A program made the translations under genes and the position numbers. Positions 1 through 10,200 of a stretch of 58,456 nt of DNA are shown in pieces. The stretch spans positions 1 through 58,456 of the forward strand of contig JAFQMA010000015.1 in the NCBI GenBank assembly GCA_017414535.1. Reading direction: 5' to 3'. Position 1 is the first letter of the stretch. Each line of letters starts with the position of its first letter. Origin of the DNA: Clostridia bacterium. Its GTDB lineage: Bacteria; Bacillota; Clostridia; Oscillospirales; SIG627. Under the pieces are notes generated by a model. That model ran no database searches, was not told where the DNA came from, and saw nothing but the letters and a program-made list of their open reading frames with translations.

Positions 1-155
1 CCGAGAATGATATTCTTTGTTTTCGGCGAGTATTTACCTTTCTCAAAGTATGTAACCCACTATGACACTTTCACTAACTGAAAGTGTCATTTTTTCTTTA
101 TATAGAAAACGGAGACTACTTCTTTACGAAGTGTCTCCGTTCGTCGGCTCTTTTC
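1..155 (-). repeat. Hairpin-rich intergenic element, copy 1 (cut by window edge); inverted copy of 19779-19935
   Basis: The reverse complement of 1-155 aligns with 19779-19935, with about 14 mismatch/indel positions in ~146 nt by manual alignment. Both copies start right after a stop codon with a GGAGAC...GTCTCC terminator hairpin. An 11-bp-stem hairpin TGACACTTTCA/TGAAAGTGTCA follows. Differences fall mostly in hairpin loops. Confidence 0.85.
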
Positions 156-165
156 TTCTCTGTTG

Positions 166-2337
166 TTAAAGGGTGCTTTCCATACGGCGGATGTATTCCT
201 CCTGACCGCCGCGGGAGACGTCCACAAAAACGGCGCTGTAGCCCGTAATGCGCACCAAAAGATCGCGGTAGGCTTCAGGGTCGCACTGTGCTTTCCGCAG
301 CTCCTCCGTAGAGGTGATGCCGAACTGCAGATTCATACCGCCGTCGGCAAAATACCCGTCCATCAGCGCCAAGAGAGCGGCACTGTCGCGAGGGGTACGG
401 AGCATACTGCGGTCAAGACGCACGTTCAAAACGCCGCAGTTGATCCTGTTCCAGGGAAGGCTCGTCACGGAATGAAGCAGGGGCATCAAGCCCTTTCCGA
501 AGCCCACGGTGGGATTCAGATCCGCGCTGAAATTGGTGTAGGCAAGGCGACCGTCCACCGTAGCAGGCGTTTTGCGACCGTACAGGATATGTCCCTGATC
601 GTAGATATTGGCAACAAGGGTGATGACCTCCCTTTTTCCGTCCTTGCCCACGGCGCGGCGATCCACCGCATCCAGCAGGCGGGTCAAAAGGCGCTTGGCG
701 TGACCGTCGGCAATGGCGTTCTCCGTGCCGTATTTGGGCGCGGCAAGGCAGGCTCTGCGAAGCTCGTCATATCCTTCGAAATTGGCCGCCGTCGCCGCCA
801 AAAGCTCCTCCGGCGTGCAAAGCTTTTTGCGAAACACCACGTCCTCCACGGCACAGATCATATCCGTGGCGGTGCCGAGAATGGTCATATACACGTACAC
901 CGCAGGGTATTTCACACCGCCGAAATGCAGACTTCTTCCCTTCTCCAGACAGCCCCGCAAAAAGCAATCGTCCGCACTTAAAATGCTACCGCAGGGAGGA
1001 AGAGTGCCCGTGCAGAACTTTTCCCTGTAGGGAATAAAGCACTCATCGATATATTCCGTATAAACGGCCTCGATCTTGTCGTAAAGCTCGTCGATGCTTT
1101 CGGGCAGAGCCCCCTCGCTCAAAGCACGGTTCACCACCAGAGGCAGGGGCTTTTTTTCCGCCACTCTTCCCACGATGGCACCGCCGTGGATATCCGCCCA
1201 GTTGCAGGGATGCACGGTATATTCCACCGCATCCTCGGGGCTGACGCCCCCCGCGATCTGCGCGGGGATCATGGTCTCGTCGTTATAGACGATGACGGAG
1301 GCGTTTTGGCGGATCTTTTCTGCCAGGATCTCCCACAGCGCCTGCGGACGGTCCTTGGTGTGACGGCAGATGAAAACGGGATTTTTCAGCTCGGGATGAA
1401 TATGCTTGGCCCAAAGCACGGAAAGCTCGTTTTCCCGATGGTCAAGGGCATTCGAATAGCCGCCCAGCACCACGTAGCCGGGAGAATCGTAAAGATGGTT
1501 GCGGTAAAAGCTTGTATGTTCGTAATTTTCATCAAGAAAATCCAGCTGATGCTCCCCGCGACCCAAATGCAGATTGGTCTTGGCACAGAAATCGTCGATA
1601 AAAGCACCCGCCTCTTCTTCGGTCAGCGTACCGGCGGCGATCTCCTTGCGATAAAAGGGCAAAAGAAGGCTGTCCACACGTCCCATGGTAATACAGCTGA
1701 CAAAGCGACCCGCATAGACCAGATGAAAGGTGTAAACGAACAGGATCAGCTGCAAGGCCTGACGGAAGGTCTGCGGAGCACCCTTACAGAGCACGCGGCA
1801 CACCTCGGCCATGTCCTCCTCCCCCGCCTGCGCGGCAGCCTCACCGTAGCGCTCCGCAAAACGCAGGTAGGCGCGATAGGTCCAAAGCATGCCCTCCAGA
1901 AGGTTGCGCGTTCTTTGATCCTCGCCCTCCGACACCGCACGGGCAAGGCGCGCCTCGGCCAAAGCCACGTAGCCGGGCAGACCGATCTCCAGAATGCGCT
2001 CCCAATCCAGCGTGATATGGCTGGCGGTGCGGTTCGTTACGGGATTTTTCGTCAGACTCTCCGCGCTCTCGGCGACCGCTTTTTCCTCCTCGGGCGTGGG
2101 CACGTGATCGTCAAAACGAGCCAAAAACAGATCGTACGGCTCAATGGGAAGGCAGGCCCTTTCGGCCATATAATAAAGCCCTTTTCCGAGAATAAGGGGC
2201 TGAGGCAGCGCGGCATAGGTCTCCCACGCCTCCTTCACCAAAAGAAAGCGCTGCACCAGCGTGCTTCTTTTATCCTTTTCCCGCAGAAGACGGGCGGCCT
2301 CGCTGACGCTGTGGGCCGCTTTTTCCAAAAGTGTCAT
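166..2337 (-). CDS. Glycyl radical enzyme (PFL-like fold), uncharacterised clade, 723 aa
   Basis: ATG at 2337 follows an AGGGAGGAAA RBS; the 803-aa track ORF runs on into the promoter. C-terminal glycyl-radical fingerprint RITGYSAVF. TPATVDGR loop. Mid-protein Cys loop SPEDAVEYTVHPCNW aligns with the EDARDY..GC.E region of GREs. Confidence 0.85.
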   Translation of the reverse strand: MTLLEKAAHSVSEAARLLREKDKRSTLVQRFLLVKEAWETYAALPQPLILGKGLYYMAERACLPIEPYDLFLARFDDHVPTPEEEKAVAESAESLTKNPVTNRTASHITLDWERILEIGLPGYVALAEARLARAVSEGEDQRTRNLLEGMLWTYRAYLRFAERYGEAAAQAGEEDMAEVCRVLCKGAPQTFRQALQLILFVYTFHLVYAGRFVSCITMGRVDSLLLPFYRKEIAAGTLTEEEAGAFIDDFCAKTNLHLGRGEHQLDFLDENYEHTSFYRNHLYDSPGYVVLGGYSNALDHRENELSVLWAKHIHPELKNPVFICRHTKDRPQALWEILAEKIRQNASVIVYNDETMIPAQIAGGVSPEDAVEYTVHPCNWADIHGGAIVGRVAEKKPLPLVVNRALSEGALPESIDELYDKIEAVYTEYIDECFIPYREKFCTGTLPPCGSILSADDCFLRGCLEKGRSLHFGGVKYPAVYVYMTILGTATDMICAVEDVVFRKKLCTPEELLAATAANFEGYDELRRACLAAPKYGTENAIADGHAKRLLTRLLDAVDRRAVGKDGKREVITLVANIYDQGHILYGRKTPATVDGRLAYTNFSADLNPTVGFGKGLMPLLHSVTSLPWNRINCGVLNVRLDRSMLRTPRDSAALLALMDGYFADGGMNLQFGITSTEELRKAQCDPEAYRDLLVRITGYSAVFVDVSRGGQEEYIRRMESTL

Positions 2338-2364
2338 CTTTTTCCTCCCTTGGTTTCTGCAGCG

Positions 2365-2394
2365 ATTATAGCATTTTTCAAAGAAGGCAGTCAA
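2365..2394 (-). promoter_or_regulatory. Sigma-A-type promoter for the GRE gene
   Basis: On the minus strand: TTGACT, 18-nt spacer, TATAAT, about 30 nt upstream of the RBS. Confidence 0.55.
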
Positions 2395-2413
2395 TATATT
2401 TTCACAAAAATGA

Positions 2414-2442
2414 TAGACAAAAGGGGAAAAGTTTTTTATAAT
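2414..2442 (+). promoter_or_regulatory. Sigma-A-type promoter for the GH2 gene
   Basis: TAGACA, 17-nt spacer, TATAAT, about 30 nt upstream of ATG 2473. Confidence 0.55.
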
Positions 2443-2472
2443 GGAGACAGCAACAAAAAAGGAGTATCCGCC

Positions 2473-4188
2473 ATGTATCGTACCGAGCATCCCAAGCCCC
2501 AATTTCAAAGAAACAGCTGGAGAAATCTCAACGGAATCTGGGAATTCCGCTTCGACCCCGCCCGTAGCGGCCGTCAAACGGGGCTTTACGAGCCCGAGGC
2601 AATCTTCCCCTTAAAGATCAACGTCCCCTTCTGCCCCGAAAGTGCCCTGTCCGGCATTGAGGAGAAGGATTTTCACCACGCTGTCTGGTACCGCAGGAGC
2701 GTTTCCCTCTCCGGGGAGGAATTAAAGGGCCGCGTGAGACTGCACTTCGGTGCCGTAGACTACGACGCCTTCGTTTACGTCAACGGCAAGCGCGTAGGCA
2801 CCCACCGCGGCGGCTATACCTCCTTTTATTTTGATATTACCGATCACGTTCAGGAGGGCGAAAACACCCTCGTGGTCTGCGCCGAGGACGATACCCGCGA
2901 TCCCTTGATCCCCTCGGGCAAGCAGAGCGACCGCTTCCATTCCTACGGCTGCAGCTATACCCGCACCACGGGCATCTGGCAGACCGTGTGGCTGGAATTT
3001 CTGCCCGAGGCTCATATTGAAAGCGTCAGATACCTGACCGACGTGACCGCCTGCACCCTCACCGTACGCGCCAAGGTGGCGGGCGAGGGCACCCTTTGCA
3101 TCCGCGCTCTGTACAACGAGCGCTGTGTGGGCGAAGCCACCGCCGAGGGACAGGACGGAGACGAGCTGATCCTGACCCTGCCCCTGTCGGAAAAGCATCT
3201 GTGGGAGCCCGGTCACGGCCGCCTCTATTCCCTCTCCCTTTCCTACGGAGAGGACAGCGTGGAAAGCTATTTCGGCCTGCGCTCCATCCGCCTTTCCGAA
3301 AGAGACTTTCTCATTAACGATAAGAAGGTCTTCCAGCGTCTGGTGCTGGATCAGGGCTTCTATCCCGACGGCATTTACACCGCCCCCTCCGATAAGGAGC
3401 TGGCGGCGGATATCGAGCGCTCCCTTGCCATGGGCTTCAACGGTGCCCGCCTTCACGAAAAGGTCTTCGAGGAAAGATTTCTCTACCACTGTGACAGACT
3501 GGGCTACCTGGTCTGGGGCGAATTTGCCAACTGGGGTCTGGATCACTCGAGAGAGGATGCCCTCTTCTCCTTCCTGCCTCAGTGGCTGGAGGCGGTGGAG
3601 CGTGACAGAAATCACCCCGCCATCATCGGCTGGTGCCCCTTTAACGAGACCTGGGATATAAACGGAAGACAGCAGAGGAACGAGCTTTTGTCCTGCGTGT
3701 ATCTGGCCACCCGTGCCGCCGATCCCTCCCGCCCCTGCATCGATACCAGCGGCAACTACCACGTGATCACCGACGTTTACGACCTGCACGATTACGAACA
3801 GGATCCCGCCGTGTTCCGCGAGCATTACGAGCCCTTGGGCAAAACGGACGATCTGCGCTTTGCTCAGGTCTTCCGCGACCGCCAGATCCGCTACGACGGA
3901 AAAAGACCCTTCTTCGTCAGCGAATACGGCGGCATCAAATGGAGCGAGGAGCAGGGCAGCTGGGGCTACGGCAACGCTCCCAAGTCCGAGGAGGAATTTC
4001 TCACCCGATTAAAGGGACTGACCGACGTCCTTTTGGATAACGAGCATATGTTCGGCTACTGCTATACCCAGCTCACCGACGTGGAGCAAGAGCAGAACGG
4101 CCTTTACACCTACGACCGCCGTCCCAAATTCGATCCCGCCGTCATTGCCGCCATCCTTGGCCGCAAGGCAAAATATGAGGAGGAATAA
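2473..4188 (+). CDS. Glycoside hydrolase family 2 (beta-galactosidase/beta-glucuronidase-like), 571 aa
   Basis: ATG 2473 is preceded by AAGGAG. Sugar-binding N-terminus LNGIWEFRFD. WCPFNE acid/base motif and SEYGG nucleophile motif. The first 429 codons of track ORF 1186..4188 are antisense to the GRE gene. Confidence 0.85.
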   Translation: MYRTEHPKPQFQRNSWRNLNGIWEFRFDPARSGRQTGLYEPEAIFPLKINVPFCPESALSGIEEKDFHHAVWYRRSVSLSGEELKGRVRLHFGAVDYDAFVYVNGKRVGTHRGGYTSFYFDITDHVQEGENTLVVCAEDDTRDPLIPSGKQSDRFHSYGCSYTRTTGIWQTVWLEFLPEAHIESVRYLTDVTACTLTVRAKVAGEGTLCIRALYNERCVGEATAEGQDGDELILTLPLSEKHLWEPGHGRLYSLSLSYGEDSVESYFGLRSIRLSERDFLINDKKVFQRLVLDQGFYPDGIYTAPSDKELAADIERSLAMGFNGARLHEKVFEERFLYHCDRLGYLVWGEFANWGLDHSREDALFSFLPQWLEAVERDRNHPAIIGWCPFNETWDINGRQQRNELLSCVYLATRAADPSRPCIDTSGNYHVITDVYDLHDYEQDPAVFREHYEPLGKTDDLRFAQVFRDRQIRYDGKRPFFVSEYGGIKWSEEQGSWGYGNAPKSEEEFLTRLKGLTDVLLDNEHMFGYCYTQLTDVEQEQNGLYTYDRRPKFDPAVIAAILGRKAKYEEE

Positions 4189-4190
4189 AG

Positions 4191-4748
4191 ATGACCTTTG
4201 AGGAAATGCTCCTGAAAAGAGAAAGCTGCCGTGCCTACGATCCCACCCGTCCCGTCACGCGGGAGGATCTGACGAAGATCTGCGAGGCGGGTCGCCTGAC
4301 CCCCAGCGGCTGTAATTCCCAGCCCTGGCGCTTTTTGGCGGTGGATGAGGCGGAGGCCAGGAAAAAGCTCTGTGACGCCCTCGTTCTGGAAAGCGGTCGC
4401 ACAGGTGCCCCATGGCGGGAGGACTGCAACGCCTTCATCGTCCTTATCGAGGACGAGGCAAAGCTCATGCCGGGCGTTGCGGAATACTACGGCACTACCC
4501 AGCGCTTTGCTCAAGGCGATATCGGCATGGCCTGTCTGAATATGTGCTACCGCGCCATGGAGCTGGGTCTGTCTACCTGCATCATCGGCATGGCCGATCA
4601 GAAAAAGCTGAGAGAGGCCTTTGCCATTCCGGAAAAGCATGAGATCCGCATGGTGCTGGCCGTAGGCTATCCCAAGGAAGATAAGCCCGCCCGTCCCAAG
4701 GCAAGAAAGCCCTTTGAGAGTGTGGTCAGCTTTAACGAATGGAAATAA
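4191..4748 (+). CDS. Nitroreductase family protein
   Basis: ESCRAYD...LTPSGCNSQPWRFLAV motif. 185 aa. Starts 2 nt after the GH2 stop. Confidence 0.85.
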   Translation: MTFEEMLLKRESCRAYDPTRPVTREDLTKICEAGRLTPSGCNSQPWRFLAVDEAEARKKLCDALVLESGRTGAPWREDCNAFIVLIEDEAKLMPGVAEYYGTTQRFAQGDIGMACLNMCYRAMELGLSTCIIGMADQKKLREAFAIPEKHEIRMVLAVGYPKEDKPARPKARKPFESVVSFNEWK

Positions 4749-4758
4749 ATAATACCGC

Positions 4759-4790
4759 AAAAAAAGCACCCCTTCGGGTGCTTTTTTCTT
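4759..4790. terminator. Bidirectional intrinsic terminator
   Basis: A-run, AGCACCC-CTTC-GGGTGCT hairpin, T-run, between convergent genes. Confidence 0.8.
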
Positions 4791-4800
4791 TTGTAAGGGC

Positions 4801-5988
4801 TTATTTTACGATAGCGTCCTTTTGGTAGATCAGCTGCTGCGGGCCCACCATGATCTCGGGGCATTTTTCCTCAATGGCCTCGCGAATGGCATAATGCTCA
4901 AAATTGAAGATCGCCGCAAAGCTTTCGGCAAGCTCCGCAGGAAATTCCTGCCACTGCAGCTCCATGGTAAAGCTCTCGCGGGCCCCCTCGTAGCGGTATT
5001 GCGTAAGATTTCCCTTGTCGTCGTAGGTGAAGGAGCCTGTGCTGACGTTCCCTCCCTCGTCCTGCGTCACGTATTTGACGGGCATGCCCGCCTCATTAAA
5101 TTCCGCCGTAAAATCCTCATCGTTAAAAAACTCGCGATCGGCGATAGTGGTGCCGTCCTTGAAATACAGCACGTTGGAGGTGCAAAAGCCCCGGCGGTTC
5201 ATTTTATAAACCAGCTTATCCAACCTTCCGTCGGAATAGGTGTGAAAATCCTCGGGATAGCAACGGGTGCCGTCCTCCTTTTGATAGGTCTCGGTCAGCG
5301 TGATCTCGCCGCCCTCGTAGGGGATCTCGTAGACGCGATAGCGCAGGACCTTGCTGTCGTCGTCATCGCGCTGGGACCAGCCGCCATCCACGTAGGAGAT
5401 GGTATAGCCCGTATCGCCGTACTGATAGATGCGCTCCTCCACACTCTCGCTGGTTTCGTCGCCCATATACTTATCGTTGATAACGACCTTGGCGATCCGC
5501 CCCTGATCGTCGTAGGTAATACTGTAATCGGTGGTGGAGTTGATGCCCTCGGACATTCTGTAGGCAGATTCCTCCAGGATGCTCGTGCCGTCCTCCGACA
5601 CGGTAAAGCGGCGCAGTCCCGGGTCCACGCTGCCGTCGCGCTCGGGAGCGCGCAGTCGGGACAGCTCGAAGGGGTTCGTCTTGGCAAGATCCACCTCGTA
5701 GCCGGAGGAAAGGGTGGTCTTTCCGTTGTAATAATTGTAGAAGCAGATCTTGGCCACCGTGCCGTTCATTTCAACGGTCTGCATCACGTAGCTGTTGCCC
5801 TCTGCGTCGGTACGGGTAATGGAAGACGGAAGCCAGGCCTTTCTTCCGGACAGGATCCCTGCCCCCTCGGCCGTAGCGGCCGATCCCCCGTCGCCTGTGG
5901 CGGCTGTGGCGTTTTCATCCTTCTCGTCACAGGAGATCAGACAAAAACAAAGAAGCGTTGCAAGAAACAGAGCTAAAAATCTTTTCAT
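4801..5988 (-). CDS. Lipoprotein with YD-like repeats, unknown function
   Basis: Signal peptide with lipobox LISC. GGGAGGA RBS. Repeated YDDQGR / YSDGRL / YDDKGN motifs. Confidence 0.7.
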   Translation of the reverse strand: MKRFLALFLATLLCFCLISCDEKDENATAATGDGGSAATAEGAGILSGRKAWLPSSITRTDAEGNSYVMQTVEMNGTVAKICFYNYYNGKTTLSSGYEVDLAKTNPFELSRLRAPERDGSVDPGLRRFTVSEDGTSILEESAYRMSEGINSTTDYSITYDDQGRIAKVVINDKYMGDETSESVEERIYQYGDTGYTISYVDGGWSQRDDDDSKVLRYRVYEIPYEGGEITLTETYQKEDGTRCYPEDFHTYSDGRLDKLVYKMNRRGFCTSNVLYFKDGTTIADREFFNDEDFTAEFNEAGMPVKYVTQDEGGNVSTGSFTYDDKGNLTQYRYEGARESFTMELQWQEFPAELAESFAAIFNFEHYAIREAIEEKCPEIMVGPQQLIYQKDAIVK

Positions 5989-6122
5989 GATAAAATCCTC
6001 CCGTTCTTTTTTGTATATGAAGGCTTTCCTTCACCTCTATTATAGCACCGCGGCAGAGCTTGTCAAGCAAGGAAAAAATATCAATTTTCCCATACAAGGA
6101 ATATCAATTTTTATCACTTTTC

Positions 6123-6151
6123 TTGACTTTGCCCTCCACCACCCGTATAGT
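6123..6151 (+). promoter_or_regulatory. Sigma-A-type promoter
   Basis: TTGACT, 17-nt spacer, TATAGT, upstream of the cytidylyltransferase gene. Confidence 0.55.
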
Positions 6152-6206
6152 AAAAAAACGTCAAACGAAAAAAGCTTTTGAGAAATATCGTTCATAGGAG
6201 AAAAAC

Positions 6207-6923
6207 ATGAAAAGACTCGCCATCATCCCCGCCCGCAGCGGCTCCAAGCGCCTGCCCGGCAAAAATATCAAAGAATTTTGTGGCAAGCCCATGCTTTCCT
6301 ACGGCATCACTGCCGCCTTGGAATCCGGTCTGTTCGATACCGTTATGGTCTCCACCGACAGTGAAACGATCGCCGAGATCGCCCGCAAATACGGCGCCGA
6401 GGTGCCCTTTCTGAGAAGTGCCGAGGCCGCCAGCGACACCGCCGTCGACTACGACGTTCAGCGCGAGGTTATCGGCGAATACAAGAAGCGCGGCATGGAA
6501 TTTGATCAAATGGCCTACATCTATCCCTGCGCTCCCTTTATTCAGCCCAAGCACGTAAAGGCCGCCATGGAAAAGCTGGAGAAAACGGGCGCCATTCTGG
6601 TCTCCGCGGTCACCGCCTTCTCCTTTCCTCCCCTGCGCTCCTACTATATTGACGAAAACGACCGCATTTGCCTGCGCTTTCCCGAGTATTACTCCTGCCG
6701 CTCTCAGGATCTGCAGACCCTCTATCACGATTGCGGCATGATGTACGCCTACGATCTGCACCGTCTGTTCGTAGAGGGCGAAACGAGACAGGAGCATTGG
6801 GCTCGTGTCTTTGCGGAGAGCGCCCCCGTCATCATTCCCGAGGAGGAATGCCAGGATATCGACACCCTCTCCGACTGGATCGTGGCCGAGCAGAAATATC
6901 GCATGCTTCACGGTCTTGTGTGA
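6207..6923 (+). CDS. CMP-sugar (NeuA/PseF-like) cytidylyltransferase
   Basis: N-terminal LAIIPARSGSKRLPGKNIKEFCGKPML motif of acylneuraminate/pseudaminate cytidylyltransferases. 238 aa. Confidence 0.8.
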   Translation: MKRLAIIPARSGSKRLPGKNIKEFCGKPMLSYGITAALESGLFDTVMVSTDSETIAEIARKYGAEVPFLRSAEAASDTAVDYDVQREVIGEYKKRGMEFDQMAYIYPCAPFIQPKHVKAAMEKLEKTGAILVSAVTAFSFPPLRSYYIDENDRICLRFPEYYSCRSQDLQTLYHDCGMMYAYDLHRLFVEGETRQEHWARVFAESAPVIIPEEECQDIDTLSDWIVAEQKYRMLHGLV

Positions 6924-6943
6924 TCCTTTTCACACTTTTTGTG

Positions 6944-6979
6944 AAAGCCTCTCAAAGGAGAGGCTTTCTTCTTTTTTTT
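6944..6979 (+). terminator. Intrinsic terminator
   Basis: AAAGCCTCTC-AAAG-GAGAGGCTTT hairpin followed by a T-run. Confidence 0.8.
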
Positions 6980-7023
6980 CGCGAAAAAAACTTTGAAAAA
7001 AATCGTTTTTTTCTCTTGTTTTA

Positions 7024-7053
7024 TTGACATTCCTTCCTATTATAGTGTAGAAT
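7024..7053 (+). promoter_or_regulatory. Putative promoter of the adhesin gene (about 165-nt structured 5' UTR follows)
   Basis: TTGACA, 18-nt spacer, TAGAAT. The UTR contains several hairpins, e.g. CAGTG-CAGATC-CACTG just before the RBS. Confidence 0.45.
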
Positions 7054-7221
7054 TATGATAGCGAATAAGAGAATGCGGTACTGTACCTATTTTTGCTTAT
7101 TCAACGCTTTCCTTCCCTTATATAGGGGGCAGTGAAAAGCTTTTGACCCATAGGCGGCCTTGGATCGAAGGTTCGCCTCCTCCCCTGTTCCTCAGTGCAG
7201 ATCCACTGAAAGGAGACTTCT

Positions 7222-10200
7222 ATGAAACACACCCTCACTCATCGTCTGCTCTCCCTGCTGCTTTGCGCTACCCTGCTTCTGGGACTGGTCCCCACAGCGA
7301 TCGTCAGTGCGGCCGCAGGAGACACAGGCCTTGTTTCCACCGTGCAGGGAACCAAGGTGGCAGACCCTCATAACATTCACGGCTGGACCCATCATTTCGG
7401 CTCCACCGTGCTGAATACGGAAAATGCAGGCAAGGTATGGGCAGATAAATCCGTCTTTACCGACGTTGCCTCCTTTAAGGCCGCCATGCTGCAGGGCGAG
7501 AGCATCAATCCCAACGCCGCCTATAACAGCATGGCCATTGACGACGACAATTTCCTGGTGGCTCTGTCCGGTATTGCCGCCACCAAAGAGGTCGTGGGCT
7601 ATTCCGCCGTGCCTACGGATACGGTCTTTGTTCTGGACGTGTCCGAATCCATGGACCAAAGCGGCTACGTGCCCTCCATGGTCACCGCCGCCAACAACGC
7701 CATCAAGACTCTTTTGGAGCTGAACCGCCACAACCGTGTCAGCGTGGTTCTCTATTCCGGTAACACCAGGGAGGGCAGCTCCAACCTGAGCCACGCCACC
7801 GTACTGCTCCCCTTGGATCGCTACGAGGCAGGCAACAGCGGTGATTACGTTACCTACACCGGCTACACCACCAGCACCACCGTTGCCGTGGCACGCGATC
7901 TGAAAAACGGCGAGGGTGAAGAGGTTGATCGCACAAGCAAGACCACCCAGGGCGGCACCTATATTCAAAGCGGTCTGTATCTGGCCTCCACCCAGTTTAA
8001 GAAGGCCTACGACGACGGCACCACCGTCATTGACAGCGACCTGATCCAGGGCGGCACCAAGCGCATCCCCGTCGTCGCTCTCATGAGTGACGGTCTACCC
8101 ACCGCCGCCTCCACCAATTACGCTACCCTCGGAACGAATGGCACCTCCAATCAGGGCGACGGCACCGAAAACACCAATGCCATTACCTTCTTGACCCAGC
8201 TCACCGCCAAGTGGCTGAAGGAAAGCGCCTCCAAATATTACGGTAACGAGGCCCTGTTCTATTCCCTCTGGCTGAAGAGCGCAAACGATAATTCCAACAA
8301 CCCCACCATCGCTCCCTCCACCTCCGGCGTCACGCTGGACGGCTGGTGGAAATCCTATCTGAATGCCACCGCAGGCAGCCAGGTCTCCTTCCGCGTAAGT
8401 CAGAGCAGAACCTTCTCCATCACCCGCGATGACGTGGTGGAGCGTGTTCCCGCCGTGGATCCCGCCACAGACGAATACACCAAGGACTGGACCGAGGCAC
8501 AGAACTACGTAGACGAGTACTTCACCGCTACCAACGCCGGAGATTTTGAAAACGCCTTCAAAAGGATCGTTGATACCATTATCGCACAGTCTCGCTATTA
8601 TCCCACCATGGTCTCCGGTCAGAATCATTCCAACAGCGGCTACATCGCCATTGAGGACCCCATCGGCGTCTTCATGGAGGTGAAGGAGCTGGAGGGCATC
8701 GACATCGGCGGACACCTGTTTACGGGCGAGGCCCTCATCAAGATGATGATGAACAACGACTTCGGTAACCGCGATACCTATACCGAAAACGGCTGGAAGC
8801 TCATCGAAGCCATCGAAAACCGTCTGGGCGTGGGCGAGGACGTGGCCATCGCCATTGCCTCCGAGGCCTGGAATTACGGCCAGTTGGGCTACGACAGCAC
8901 CACCGGAAAATACAGCAACTACATCGGCTGGTACGCCGACGAAAACGGTGTCTATAAGGGTTTCTGGCACGACGGTCACACCGTTGCCGACGTCCCCGCA
9001 GGCGCCACCCAGCGCATCAAGAGCTACGGCTTCTACGGTGTTATTGACGATGCCATTTCCGATTCCAATATCGCAGGCACCGACATGATGCATATAGCCG
9101 TGCGCGTAGCAACCAAGCTCACCACCGGCGAGCAGACCGTCTCCTTCGGCATTCCCGCCGCTCTCATTCCTCTGGTGGTCTACGAGGTAGAGGTCAATGC
9201 CTCCAGCATTGCCGCCGCCACGGAGGCAAAGCTGAACGTGACCGGCGCCACCCATCCCCTCCGCCTGCTCATGGAGGTAGGCCTGAGAGAGGACATCAAC
9301 GAGCTGACCGTCAAGAGCATCGTGGAAAAGAGCGACCACTACCACAAGGATGCCGACGGCAACTATGTATTCTACACCAACCGCTGGGGTGACGTACACG
9401 TGGATACGGGCATGATGGATAAGCCCGAATACATGAACCATACCGCTACCGTGTCTCACTTCAATCCTTCCGTCATGAACGAGAAGTATTACTTCTTCCA
9501 GGACACCGCCATCTACACCGATGAGAGAGGCACCCGCTACGTGGGTAGCTCCGCCCCCGCAAACGCCACCTTCTACGAGCTGGTCTACGTCTTTGAGGCT
9601 ACGGGCAACGGTGACGAGGCTCGCATCTTAAAGAAATACCGCCCCATTTCCGACAAGGCCATCATTCATGCGGAAAAGGATGAGGATTCCAACGCATGGC
9701 ACATTCCCGGCAACGTCGCACACTACAACGTGACCGATTACAAGGTACAAAAGCCCGACAATGCAACGGACACCCTGGAATACCTTGTCAGCATCGAGAT
9801 CCCCGAGTATACACAGGGTCGCTATGAGGTCTACAGCATGCACGGCAACAACGGCCGCATCACCATGTCGCAGACCACCGGCATGAAGCTGACCAAGGAG
9901 ATCCCCGTGGTCATTCCCGGCACCTCCACCAAGAACTTCGTTCTGAACGTAGCCTTTGCCGCACCCGCAGGCACCACCCTTCCCGCCACCGTGAAGGTCT
10001 CCTACGATCAGAAGACCTACGTCGAGGTAGCCACAAATAACGTTTCCGTCACGCTGGATGCCAACGAGTCCGTATGGATCTACGGCCTGCCCGCAGGCAC
10101 CGCCTACACCGTGACCGAGGAGGATCACCTCGATTATCAGCCTCAGATCAGCTCGGTCAGCGGCACGCTGACCGGCGGTGAGATCACCCCCGTCACCTTC

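Noticed and set aside
163-981. 272-aa plus-strand ORF (also 713..1030 and other small ORFs) overlapping the GRE gene
   Set aside because: Shadow ORF on the opposite strand of a well-supported gene. It has an Ala/Gly/Arg/His-rich low-information composition and no RBS.
1186-2472. N-terminal 429 codons of the 1000-aa track ORF 1186..4188
   Set aside because: This part is antisense to the glycyl radical enzyme gene, whose protein has clear family motifs. The GH2 similarity, an AAGGAG RBS and a promoter all begin at or just before ATG 2473.
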